Positions 28,056 to 40,709 of a DNA stretch of 64,000 nt are shown here, piece after piece. Below the pieces are notes generated by a model. That model was given only the letters and a program-made list of their open reading frames with translations. It was not told the DNA's origin and did not search any database. Where the stretch lies: positions 25,048,001 to 25,112,000 of the forward strand of contig CP158635.1 of NCBI GenBank assembly GCA_050273025.1, given 5' to 3'. Numbering within the stretch: the stretch's first letter is position 1; each line of letters begins with the position of its first letter. The translations under genes were made by a program, and so were the position numbers. The DNA comes from Cenococcum geophilum (lineage: Eukaryota).

Positions 28056-28553
28056 ATGTCCACACTCGCAAAAATTCGTTCCTTACAGTCTGAAGATTAC
28101 CTTGTCCTCTTTACACCTATGGTGCCGCCTCTACCAAAAGGTAATGCCAGAATGGACCCATTCGAGCCCCTCGGCCGCGCCCTCAGTGAGCACCACAAGC
28201 GCATTAGACACCTACCTTACGGACCCAGCGCTGGTATGACGGAGACCCATTTTGCTTTTCTTCAGCGTGGCCAGCATGCAGGAGCTGTTGTCGTTGTGGT
28301 GTGCGACCACCCCAATGCAACAAGTGTCAAAGGCAACGAATACGATAACCAACGCGCCTTTGCACAAGCAGCGCTCGACCAGATCTCGAGTAGCCAGAGT
28401 ACCCCAGATATCCCGACATTCTTGGTTTTGATTACCGGAAATCAGGCCCAACGCGGTGGGGATTTCAGCGAATTCGAAGTGGTTCTACGAAGTGATTCAT
28501 ACACTCCTTCGGCTCTTCGACAAATATCAAATCACATGTTCGGGTCTGAATAA
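28056..28553 (+). CDS. 165-aa protein resembling the C-terminal domain of fungal GH3 beta-N-acetylhexosaminidases
   Basis: Intact ATG-to-stop ORF without RIP signature; motif LFTP..P.....DPFEPLGRAL..HHKRIRHLPY....G.T.TH..F matches this domain as I recall it. Confidence 0.75.
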   Translation: MSTLAKIRSLQSEDYLVLFTPMVPPLPKGNARMDPFEPLGRALSEHHKRIRHLPYGPSAGMTETHFAFLQRGQHAGAVVVVVCDHPNATSVKGNEYDNQRAFAQAALDQISSSQSTPDIPTFLVLITGNQAQRGGDFSEFEVVLRSDSYTPSALRQISNHMFGSE

Positions 28554-28628
28554 TTACAGGATTAGCGATAGAAGAGTTATTCGGTTAGACAGTCATTAAA
28601 GGAGTACTTGGGTGCAGGGTGGCTAATC

Positions 28629-28672
28629 AATCAACTCAATCAACCGGAGACCTCTAGTTGATTGAGTTGATT
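28629..28672. repeat. Perfect 16-bp inverted repeat with 12-nt spacer
   Basis: AATCAACTCAATCAAC (28629-44) / GTTGATTGAGTTGATT (28657-72). Confidence 0.85.
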
Positions 28673-28723
28673 CAACGAGATTTAACGAAATTCAACCAGC
28701 TTATATAAGTAGATCTCCTGTCT

Positions 28724-29290
28724 TTGCAGCTTGCGCGCTGGATTGATATGACCGTTAGATATATCCCGGAACCAACAGCCACCAACAACCAGCAAGCAGA
28801 CGAGGGATTGACCGGAAATACATTCGAAAATACCGTGGCAGAACCACCTCAACGTTGCTCGTCAGTTAGCTATTGCTCGTGGTGGCCCGAAGTTCCTGAA
28901 GCGCGCCGATCGGAGAGTAAGGCTGGCTGCGATGCCCTCGAGATCCGCGATACCAACAAAGCCTTTCACTGGGCTGGTTTGATCTATCTCTGTCGCCGGG
29001 TTTTAGGTAAACCGACTACAGATCCAGATGTCCATATAGCGGTGGGGGGGATTGTTAGCGCCTTGCTTGATGTCCGGCAGGGAAGCTCAGCTGAAGCTTG
29101 TCAGTTCTTCCCTATGATCACGGCCGGTTGCAATGCGTGGAATCCGGTTCATTGGAATAAAATCATGGAGCGGTTGCAGAGTTTGGAGGGTTTTGGAATG
29201 GCACAGGTAAGGCAATCTACATCAAACATAACCAAATCTGCTCACCAGAAAACCCTAGGGGCGTTTGTGTCTGGGGAATTCTTTGGTTAA
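28724..29290 (+). pseudogene. C-terminal fragment of a fungal-specific transcription factor (Fungal_trans_2-like)
   Basis: NKAFHWAGLIYLCRRVLG...SAEACQFFPMITAGC...IMERLQSLEGFGMAQV; no upstream Zn cluster and no room for one before the 28553 stop. Confidence 0.7.
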
Positions 29291-30441
29291 TAATGTTATT
29301 GAGTTGCTGTACAAGGCATATTACTAGCCCATCTATCCATTTATTTTAGCACGTATTTCATGTTGAAAATCTCCCGTCTGGATGACGCAACGAGGCCGTC
29401 GAAGGCCAGTAGGCAAATGGTAGTGGGGAGTTTTAACGCAAGGCCTGAAGGTCTTCCCGGTAGGCAGAAAGACCGGAACTTTTGATAAGGCGAAAAGCGA
29501 GACCGCGGATCTAACTTGGGTTCCCACCCTGAAATTGCCTTGTTTGTTCGTTTGTTGTAATTTCCGGGTTCAGGGCCAATGGATTTGTAGGCTTGGCTTC
29601 GAGGTAAAACGAATTGGAACCCTTTCACTAGAACACAGCCTCCTAGGGTCACGAAGTGACTGAGAAACGTTTGTGAGGCAGTTAAAGATTCCGATGAAGG
29701 GAGGCACATCATGCATGCCTTCCCTGCTGCTAGCCACTAGCGTCGCAGGATTATGAGGCTCTTTTGGGGCACATTTCAGCTCAAGAGCATCATACGCGGC
29801 ATTTTTTTGCGCCAGTCACATTGATATCGATAAGGCCGAAAAGCATTCACCGGCAGCATCCGCCAGCTGCAGAACCGAGAGCGGATGATTGATCCATGTC
29901 CGTCATGAACCCGCCGGATAATGTGATGGGGCCACATCGAGGCCCGCCTATAGCAATGAACCGTTTCCTATCACAAACTGGATGGCCATATCCGGCGTAC
30001 TAGGTATCGCCGCATTAACTTGCGCCCAGGACTCATGTCTCAGGCGATCGGTAGGCTGCGACGGAGACTTTGAGCCTCCTTTGACAAGGTTGCGCCTCCA
30101 TGCCTAAGTAACATTAGAACTTAAGAATGCCTACGTTCCTTGAGCCCTTCTATCCTTTATTGAGAATTTTGAATTCTCTTAATGCTGGATAGACAGTTGA
30201 CGTAAATCAAGAATTTTGCACGATCTCGGCACGGAAGCAACTTTAACTTTAGTTGAAGTTAGTTTTATAAACGTTATCCTTATATGTTCTTTCCATTCAC
30301 TTTATATTGTATAGCAATCGACACTCTCGAGCTACTGCCGAATAACCCCCGTCTCTTATATATTATCCTGATGAAAGCTAGACGTATAACACAGGATAAT
30401 ATTTCAATTTCTCCTTATTTACTAGTCTAAGATAATATCTA

Positions 30442-32286
30442 ATGGATAGGATGGACTTTTCTAAGTTTCGCATGGTTCTTAATACGTCTGAGAATGGCAC
30501 TCCAACCAATCTTATAAATCTCCCTTTGAATGTCCTTAAGGCCTTTATTCTAGGATATAGTCTAATTTTAAAATTCATTCTAGATATCTTCGGCTTCGAC
30601 ATTAGCATAGTGGTCTTAATCGGTCTTATTCTGTTCGCTATAGTAACATTAGCAACCTATATATAGAATAAAACTTTCTCTTTCTTCTCTTAGTTCTTTA
30701 TATTATCGGTTTTTGTTAATAATAAAGATGATCTGTTTAATAGTATACTTTAGTAGATTGTAGAGCAGCGTATATTGAAAATCTCTTGCTTAGTAAAAGC
30801 TGTTACGCGACTGGGAACTATTTACGGTGATTAGGGAGACAATAGCGATAATAAGGAGGCGCTTAACGAGAAGGGAATCTTTAATTTTAGAAAGTGGGCA
30901 GCTAAGCTGCCACCCCGCTATAAGCCCTACTTTAGTAAATATAGGTTTTAGCATAATGGCCGCTTATTTATCTTTAATTGCTCGCGCTAAGAGAGACCTG
31001 CTAGTTTATGGGCCCTAAATAGAGGTAATAAAGAGCTTATTAAACTGAGATGCATTAGACGGTCGACGAAGCCTATTAAGGATCTACTTAACTACATAAA
31101 ATCATAGTTACTTAAAAAGGAAAAAGCTATAACGGTTATTTAACAGCTAGCGGGGAAGGATTGTGGACGTAGCGCTGGGTTATAGGACCGCGTCTTATCT
31201 AGACCTTCCCGTCCAATAGACACTATATTACTTAACCCTAAGCAAAAGGCTAAAGTTGTGGAGGATATTAATAAATATCTCTATCCATCCAGCCCTCGCT
31301 GGTATGCTACCCGCGGTATTCCGTACTATCGCGGTTACCTCTTTTACAGACCTCCTAGGACCGGCAAAACGTCGCTCTCCTTTGCCCTTACTGGAATCTT
31401 TAGGCTAGACATATTCTGTATTTCTTTACTTAAACCTACTTTTACGGAATCTAACCTCAACCGGCTATTTAATAACCTCCCTCGTTGTTATATTGTTCTC
31501 CTAGAGGATATTAATACCGCAGGTCTGTTAAGAGATAAGAAGAGTAATAAGGAAGAGGAGGATGAGGCGGATTCTAAAGGAGGCAAGAAGGTCTAAGAGT
31601 TAAATGTTACCGACTTAGCTAAAGCGATTAAGTCCGCGAACTATAAAGATAAGTAGAATGACGATATGAAATAGGGTGTTTCGCTTTCTAGTCTACTTAA
31701 CACCATTAACGGCGTTGCTACTTATAAAGGTAGAGTCCTTATTATGATAACGAATCACCTAGAGAGGTTGGATAAAGCCCTTATCCGTCCTAGTAGAGTT
31801 AATATATAGGTTAAGTTTACGCTCGCGATGCACGACCAGATTTGAGACATCTTTATCCGTATATACTTAAACGAGAATAATAAGGTCCTGAAGCGGCGCA
31901 GCAGGCCCGGGCTAATGAATAGCGTGCTTAAGCCTGCTTCTAATAGTAGCCTTAACGGGTCGGCGAAGATGGTAAACGGGATTAATGGGATTAATAACAC
32001 CAATGGTATTAATGAAATTAACGGAGCCAACGGAGTTAAGGGAAGGAAGTACTTGGCCTCTAGCGACCCAGCTATGGCCGGCACTATGAATCCCGAGAGG
32101 CTGAAGGCACTGGCTAAAACTTTCGCTGATTATATTCCTGAAGGCAAATTCTCGCCGGCTGAGATCCAGGGCTTCCTGCTGACGCGTAAGAAGGAGCCTT
32201 AGCGAGCTCTTGAGCAAGTGGACGAATGGAAGGATGCGGTGCTAGAGGCGAAGGAGAAGAAGGCGAAGGTTGTCGGTGTGCAATAA
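30442..32286 (+). pseudogene. BCS1-like AAA ATPase, RIP-inactivated
   Basis: WYATRGIPYYRGYLFYRPPRTGKTSLSFAL (Walker A), IVLLEDIN (Walker B), SLSSLLNTINGV, NHLERLDKALIRPSRV, FSPAEIQGFLL; N-terminal hydrophobic segment; multiple stops. Confidence 0.92.
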
Positions 32287-33383
32287 GCGAATGCGAGGTC
32301 GGAATCGAAGTGTTGCATTAGTACGGTTTATTATTGTCTTCCTAGGGTTAGTAATAAGTCGGCAGGGCAAATCAGCATCCTATTATATTTGTATTAGCAT
32401 TAACCTAGTCTATACAGTCGAAAGAACTATCCCTTTGTAGTAAACTTGGGCAAGCCCCAAGGTACCTGATTTTGTGCAGATATACCTATGTCTTTCGTTT
32501 AAATCCAAATGCTCGGTTGAAGCGCACATTGAGGCAGACCAATGAGTGGCTAGTGAGACAGATTACTTTGAGGCTCTGGCGTGCAGCAGGTGGGTGGAGG
32601 TGGCCTTAGGGTCAATTGGGGATTCTGTCGAGGGTCGCTTTAGTTCTAGTTGTTTGATGTCCAAACAAAGAGGGGAGTTAGCTGTTGAGAGGTGGCTGCA
32701 TCCATAGCGTAAATAATACTATCGATGGTGGCCTAAAGGACTCGGCACACTCACTAGAAGCTCCTAAGTGAGACCTCGAGGTTTGCCTATTTGTTGTGGA
32801 GCTTGGGGTAGCGTAGAAAGGATCTTCTTGATCTCTCCCTCAAAGTACGCAACTGACTCAGATACTGTGGAGCGGATGACCCGGTGCTGCGCTAGCCGTT
32901 GATGGTAGAATTAAGATGGCCTTTGATTTTTAAGAGTGCAGGTGGGTGTATGGTTCAAGAACCGTGGGAAGGGCGCACTCCTATCTGATGCTTGTGGGGA
33001 AATGCTAAGGTACGTTAGCATCGGCGCGTGTCCAGGGAAACACTGGCGGAGGTAGAAGAACGCGTTGGCGTGCCCAATGAATAAGCAATATTTAGGGAGA
33101 GATGCAGAGACGGCATATTAAAGTCACGGTAGCGTGTTGCAGGCAATGAATTTGAAAGGAGCGGCTGCGAGGTGTGGATGTTTCAAAAAAGGCGCAAAGA
33201 AACCAATAGCTTTACAATGGTAGTGGCGAAACATGGACAGGGTTTCCCTTTTTCTTTCGAACGGTCGGGTCTGCTGCAGTGGTCAGGCTGCGGCAAGCTC
33301 AGCACTATAACTCGGCGCGCAACGTACTGATAGCAGAATCGCGGCCGAGAGGCAGAGAGCTGCGACTCGTTCGCACCAAGTTC

Positions 33384-36300
33384 TGTCAGATAACTCATAT
33401 AGAGCTATTCATTGATAAAATGGGTTGATTGATTGATGATCTTAATCGTGTCTTGACCTAGGGCCCCTGGGCTTAGATAAAGATATTTACAAAGCACGGG
33501 CCCCGTGCACGTGACTCGTGCACGTCCTACGCCACAGAGAATACAGATTATCTGATACACCCCCTTAGCTTTAAGCTCTTTGAGGTTAAAGCTAACCACC
33601 TTCTCGTGTCCGTTAATGCGTCAATTAAACCATAATCTCATCTAAATCCTTCCATCTCGCTCTAATATTCTCCCTTAGGTCCTCCAGTTACTTCTCCTTA
33701 TTCAGCCGCTCCTTAATATCCACCATCCCAATTATATTAACGAAGCTTTAAAACCTCTGCTTAGGCAGGGCCTTTATAAGTCTATCGGCAATCATCTCCT
33801 TCATCGCTGTCTATTAAAATTATACTTATCTCTTTACGTATTCCTAACGTAGCTAGTGTTAATAGATATTAACGTGTTAGAGCTTTATAATTAGCTTTAC
33901 CGTGTCTTCTATAATTAGTTAGAGTATTTAGGTGTTATCACAGTTAATAATTAAAGGCTCGTTTAGTTGTAACGTTATTGCTTTAAACAGCCTACTAATA
34001 AAGATAGCTTCCTTTATTATCTATAATAGGGCTAACAGCTCGGCTTTTGTGCTCGATGTTATAACTATACCCTACTTATTTACTCTCTAGGTAATCGGCC
34101 CCCCAAATAGCTTTATAATATATCCTTACGAGCTCTTTCTATTAATAGAGTTGTTTGTAAATAATGCGTCGCTAGCACAGATAAATAATTGCGCTTTACT
34201 TCTACCGTCTCCGTTATCTCGTCCTTAGTCGTGTATTTCTTTATCTCTCCCTCTACCGTTTATTCCTTCCTTATCTCCTCTATAGTAGATTGCTCTGCTC
34301 CTCGTACTATATAGGTACTAGATGACTCTATCTGCCGCTTAATAGTGCTTTTAGCTTAGGTCCTAATTAAACCTTACCAGCCGTAATACTGCAAAGGTAA
34401 TATCCGGACGCGTTATAGTGGCTATATAGAGTACTAAACTCAGTTTTCTTTAATATAGTATTATAGAAGCTGGTAGGGATATAGAACGGATTAATAGGTT
34501 TATATTGGGGGACGGACGCGTTAGATAGATTATAGATTCTTCTACTATAATAGTAGTAATCGTTATAGTCCGTACAGGGCTTTTCTTAAGTATAGTACTT
34601 TGTCTTTCTTTCCTTTATTAAACCCTAGCGGTAGCTTTATATAGACGACTTTGTTAAAATCGCAATAGACAAACGCATTAACTATATCTATCTATATTAT
34701 CTCTAGGTTAAATTTTATAGTAATCGCCATAAGGGTTTAGAAGGTCGTACTAGCTAATATAATAGCTCTTATAGGTAGGTCTCCTAGGGCCTATTAATTT
34801 CCACAGACTATTAAGCGTGCCCAGTGATGTCAAAGGTTAGGTTAGGTTACAAAAATAAGGCCAAAACCAATCCAAAATACAATTTCGAGGCTCGAACCGG
34901 TTACGGAACCGGTTAAACCAGATTAACCAGATACAATAGATAGGTCTTGACGTAATATAGTACACAAAGTAGTAGAGACGCTTGGGGGGGGGGAGGGGGG
35001 AGGTAGAGCCGTCGCGGAGAGTAGGAAACAACATATAGAGCCTACGGAACTTACAAAATATTAGCAGAGATTTCAGTAGTTAAGCAGTCGGCGACCTTGA
35101 ACTTACTATCGTGAGTCTTAGCATAGTATTAAGAGCCAATTAATCGTCAAATACGGTGTACTTGACCGCTTCGCCCTCTAGATCCTCCTCATCCTCATCC
35201 TCACCCTCGTCCTCATCCTCATCCTCATCCTCATCCTCATCCAAATTCTCTTCTAAATCATTGTCGCCTATATCGCGAGCCTCCTCATCATATTGCTCAT
35301 CAACGTTGGGGTCAATGCCTTTGGCAAAGGCCTTGGCTTCCGGCCTTCCAAACCAGAACTTAAGGCACTCATTAGCCTCAATAATATCGGCTTTAAGGCG
35401 ATTGCGAGAGTCGGTAACCAGGTGCTTGGCAGAGCTAAATACAATGAGGGCAGTATACGGATAGCAATTTAGGCGGCGCGACGAGGAGCTATTATAAGGG
35501 CAACGCAATAAGGAGGCCTCAATCAATCAACTTCCTCTACTACATCGGATCAGAACGGCTACCTCAACGCGTCGTGCGGATCAAATCGGACGACGTCTTG
35601 AAACGCCTTACTTTCGATCGCGATCGTGAGCCAATATACGCATATTCAGAAGTCGCAGGTGGTGTTTAGCCTTACTAGAGTCTCACTAGATATAGATCTA
35701 TAAGGCTTCATTGGTTACCCGGTTACCCGGTTATTCTAAAAGCTTCAAAACCGATCCAAATTGAGCCAATCAAATCGTCGAACCGGTTACTCTCAAGATT
35801 TCGGTTAAACCGAACCAAACCAATGAAGTAACCTAACCGCTGACATCACTGAGCGTGCCTTATATTTTTAGAGAAATCTATACTTATCCGTCTTATAGAC
35901 GAATACCCATATTAAGCTGAGGACCTACTATCCCTTTACGTGCTTCTTATCTGTTTCTTAAAACGACCTCATTTAATAATAAGATTAGAGATAGGCTCGT
36001 TAAGCCTCTTAGAACTAATTTTAAAGAGGATGCGTATTAAGGTCCTAGATTGACTAGGGTGGCGAAGGTAGATTCTTCCTATATAATCTAATATCGCGTA
36101 TTCTACCTAATTTCAGCTTACTATCATTAAGTTAACTATTAAGGTTAAACTTCCTTCCTACTAAGAAGGCGCCTTAATAGGCTAACGTGATCCTTTTTGT
36201 AATAAAGTCTTTAAACCTATTATTGCTAGCTTCCTTAAACAAGTCTTTAATTAAGTTATTAGACACCCCCTAAGTGTTAAACGCATCTCCTGCTTAATAA

Positions 36301-39300
36301 GCGATATCTTAATCAGTACCTTATATATCTAACTTTATAGGATACTCGACGTAAAAGGTACATAGAGATTCTTCGTCTTCTTTTGTTAGAGGTAGTGTAT
36401 AATATATATCTTTGAGAGCTCTTACAAGCTTGAGATCTGCTAACTTATTAAAGGCTTAAACTAGCTTATTAACGTCGTCGTCTTCCTCTTAAATTGACTA
36501 TTTAAATACTTCTTTATTGTCTTCTAGAAGGACCTTATTCTTAATCTAGGTATTAGGTAGTTAAATCTTCTTAATTAGTATATCTAATTTAGCGTATAGG
36601 TCCTCTAAGATATCCGTTTGCTTACCGTTAAAGAATATCTTTTTATTAAAGATGACATCCCTTATAGAGATAATAATACCCTTATATAGGATCTAGATCC
36701 TATAGATATTAGTAGAGTTATAGCCGATAAGATAGCCGATATAGGCTCGCGGATCTAGCTTACTTAGCCTTTTCTTCCTTAGCTGGGCGTCTAACGTTAT
36801 CGCGTACGCCCTACAGCCGTAGGCTTTTAGGTACGCCAGTTGCGGCTTTCTTAATCTCCTATTAGCTAAGAAGGTATAGAACCTCTTATATAGCGATATC
36901 TAACCGTTACTTTCCCATGGCGTTTAATTTTAAAGATAAACTATATAGTTAACTATCTCGTTCTATAGGTCGTGTAGTAAATTAGCAGCAATTCTTATTA
37001 CTTATACTCTCTTAATAATTACACCCCCTAAGCATTCGGCGGTACTATTCTAAGCTTAGGTATATAGCGCTAAAGGCTTAAATATAATCCCTTAAGTCCG
37101 TAGCTATTTAAGGGTTCTCCTTTTCCCTAGCTCGTTATCTAATCTAATAGTGTTAACTTTAAGGTTATACCTTAGACAAATCCACTATACAAAATCTTTA
37201 AGCACCTATAGTGTCTCCTTCTCCTCGCTATGCATTGTTATAAAGTATAGAAAGGATCTTCTTAAGTAGGTATTGTAGATAAATATAACTTATACAAATC
37301 TAGCATGCGCTTCCTTAAGGTTAGTCTAGTTAATATAGAGGTTAAAATAGGGTTTATTAATCTTCTGTTTTAAGAACCTTCTTAAAACCTAACGCTTAAT
37401 TTTGGTAAGACTATAATATTAATATTCTGTTATCTTTGGGCCTTAAAGCTTAACTCCTAAGGCGTTAAGACCTAAATAATAAAGGCTTATAGGCCCTAGA
37501 TGACCTAGACGTAGATACTATAAATATATATCTCCTTTTAAATCTAGATAAGCGTCTCTTAATAATGCTCTACGCTTCCGTTAGCGTAGTAGTCGGCTTA
37601 TATTAAATGCTAATAGACTTCCTAGTTAGACGTATTTAATAGTCTATTATTTATAACGTTCTTCCATTTAATATAGGACTAAGTTATCCTTTCAAACTAG
37701 AAGATTGTTCTCTCCTTTATTATCCTAGTAGTACCCTTATTTTTAAAGTAGACGGAACAATACTAGATTTATATTAAAGTCCGTATAAAAGGCAACGTCC
37801 TTAAGACGTAGGATTCCCTTACTCTTATCTAGTTTTATAACTTAGATAGTAACGTCACTATAGCCTAGTATAGGCACTTCTAAGCTGCCGGCGATAATGT
37901 ATTTAAGTTTTAGAGCTTTCCTAAAGTTATAAAAACGAGAAAGGTTATTAAAGATATAAAGAGTGGTTCTTAAGTTAAGAATAGTTAATAGCTTTAGTAG
38001 ATGGATTTAACCTATATAATACAATTCTAGGAATATTACATTAGCTTCTCCCTTAATCTTAACTTTCTAACTCTTATCCTTTCGTTATTAAGCCTTGTCT
38101 TCTTATTCTTTAAGTCTAATCTTTATAACTTAGTCAGCGAGATCCTTATTCTTTTCTACCTTCTTTAGCACCCTTTTAATACGAGTATCTCCGATTATAA
38201 CTCCTTTAGGTCTTTTATCTTTAAATAAATACTAATAGTCTTATAGGGAATGTCCTTATTTCTCGTATGCTAAGTATATAGGTAGTAGCTTCTTACGGGA
38301 CGTCTCCTTATCTACTAGTAACCTGGCTTTTTTTAAGCATTTAGTATATGCTAAGGTTTCTTTCCCTAGACCTTTAGTAGTATTAGAGTAATCTATCATA
38401 GCTTACTCTACGAAGTCTACATTAAAGGTACTCCCTCTTATAGTAGTATTGGCTTTCTTTAATAGTATTCTAAGTCCTTCTTGCAGCTCCTTTACTACTC
38501 TATGGTATTTAGAAGATCTCAACTTCTAAGGGTTATTTAACTTGGTAGTATACTTTATACAGTAGGCGTTACTAAAAGGTTAAATAACTTCTACTAAATC
38601 TTAAAGCCAGATTCTATCTAATATTTAAGGGATCTTGTACTTCTCTCCTAGTACTATTATATATTCCCATTGATCTAATCACTAATTTAATTTTAACAAG
38701 TGTTTAAACCCCTTAAAAGCTTCTATATATTAATATTATACCTTCTTCCTAATAAACAATAAGGTAGGTTCTATATTCTCCTTTAATTAAAATAGCCATT
38801 CTTTAACTATTAAGGAAGGGTTAAGCAGTAGCTTCTTCTAAATCGATACTGTGGACGTAATTTAGGTGCGGATCTATTAAAGGTGCTCTTCTTGTTTTAG
38901 GAAATACTTTATGTCCTAGTCGTAGTATCGTCTGCTGTTCTTGTACGCTCTCTGTTGATTCATCGAGAGCTGTGCATATGAGGTAGCGTTCTTATTGAAA
39001 TCTGTGACTTCTGGATAGGCTGGTTCTTATAGTAGACCTCGTTGAGGTGCTGCATTGTCTGGGTCAACATAGGCCCAAATTCGTTTATCCGCGAGGGCTT
39101 GTAGTTGCCAGATCTATTGCTCCCAGTCTTCTGTCTTATTGAGTATGATCGTATTCGACGAACTCGACGTCGGTAGAGTTATTTGACTGATAGGCAGATG
39201 GGAATTGAGATGGAATTCGTCGTTAGGATCGTCCTTGTCGTCAGGATCGTCCTCGTCGCAGGATCGTCCTTGTCGCAGGATCGTCCTTTGACGATTGAGG

Positions 39301-39635
39301 TGGAATCTCGTGGAATCTCGTCCTGTGACAATTGAGGTAGGATTTCGATCAGGGTTGTCTTGTGACGATGAGGTGTCAGAGTCTGACGATGAGGTAGAAT
39401 TTCTTTAAATGATTGAGTAATAGCTGGATAGCTTCTTGTGTCGGCGGACCGGGCTCATAACTGTCAGATAACTCATATAGAGCTATTCATTGATGAAATG
39501 GGTTGATTAATTGATGATCTTGATCGTGTCTTGACCTAGGGCCCCTGGGCTTAGATGAAGATATTTACAAAGCACGGGCCCCGTGCACGTGACTCGTGCA
39601 CGTCCTACGCCACAGAGAATACAGATTATCTGACA
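33384..39635 (-). mobile_element. Full-length Ty1/Copia LTR retrotransposon (element B), RIP-inactivated, with nested hAT
   Basis: 174-bp LTRs 33384-33557 and 39462-39635; TSD AGTTC; PBS-like GTTATGAGCCCGG; PPT; RT motif KARLIVCGN split by the hAT insertion. Confidence 0.95.
34822..35851 (-). mobile_element. Internally deleted hAT transposon (1030 bp)
   Basis: 23-bp TIR CAGTGATGTCA(AA/GC)GGTTAGGTTA; 8-bp TSD AGCGTGCC; retains the hAT dimerisation-domain tail VFSSAKHLVTDSRNRLKADIIEANECLKFWF plus an acidic C-terminus (35140-35440). Confidence 0.95.
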
Positions 39636-40375
39636 AGTTCCGTGCATGAAAGCTTGCAAAGAGGGCGCAGGGGGCTCCAGCGACCTGGTTGGCCAGTCTC
39701 AAGGACAGGGGCTGGCCTCTGAGCACGTCAGTTCCGTAAGCGGGGCCCTAGCGTTTTTCGCGGCAAATTGGTCGTTGCCTCCCCAAACCTTGGAAGGTTT
39801 CCAGGGGCACGGGCCATGACACGGAGCAGCAGATCATCGACCTCTGCGGCGTCAGCCACATGTCTCATCCATCCCTGTTGTCCCGTCAGCTCGTTTCCAG
39901 GGCTGCAATGCGCCAAGCTCGGGGAAGATCGCCTGCAGGTTGCGGCAACTTCAACCCGTTTTTTTTTTACGGTGCGGCCCAGACCCTAGGCAGCCCACGC
40001 CCCCCATGTCCACGGTAGCACCTAAATATTCTTAATTAATATACACTCTTCTTAGAAACAACTTTTTCAGGTAGTCGATCGGTTATCGATTGCCCTTTTT
40101 CGCTCGGCGCAACGATTCAATCTGGCACGGACGTCCCACCTCCACATTGTTCGCAGAAGTCCGAGAGACAGGGCCACTCGGGGTTAGAACTGCGTGAACG
40201 TGGCAGAAATAGGTCTATGTAGGCCCTTGCAGGACGATAACAGATATGGGCGTCGTACATGTATTTGTTTCTCAATTCATTCGCTCTCTTTTGGTCCTCC
40301 AATCCTTGTCATGTCTGCACCCCGTTTCCCTACACCCCCGTCGCCTGCAGCCGCCGGTGCAACTCAGAACTAGTA

Positions 40376-40556
40376 AGAGTATGCAGCAAAAAAACTGCAT
40401 ATAGGGAACTTTGATTTTCGCGATTTTCGCTAAGTCCTACTATGGCGGTACCTTGTATACGCAGACGTGACCAAGACGCCTCGCAAAACGACTTAGAATT
40501 TTGAAGTTCTCGCCTAGTAAAATTTCCCTATATGCAGTCTTTATGCTGCATACTCT
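40376..40556. mobile_element. MITE (181 bp), TA-flanked
   Basis: ~35-bp TIR AGAGTATGCAGCA(A/T)AAA(A/G)ACTGCATATAGGGAA; TA on both sides (40374-75, 40557-58); no ORF. Confidence 0.82.
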
Positions 40557-40709
40557 TACAACACGGATATCCATACAAGCCTGTCACAATTTATGTCCTA
40601 ATTGCTTTTACCTGCGTAAACTGTCCTATGTTTAGATATGTTCGGTGGACTCTAAACGACATTACCATCTCGCATAATATTTAAAACACCTTGACATCAT
40701 GGTGGAAAA

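Noticed and set aside
32500..33383. Possible minus-strand gene relic next to Copia element B
   Set aside because: Only a short protein-like stretch (SVAYFEGEIKKILSTLPQ); no consistent gene model.
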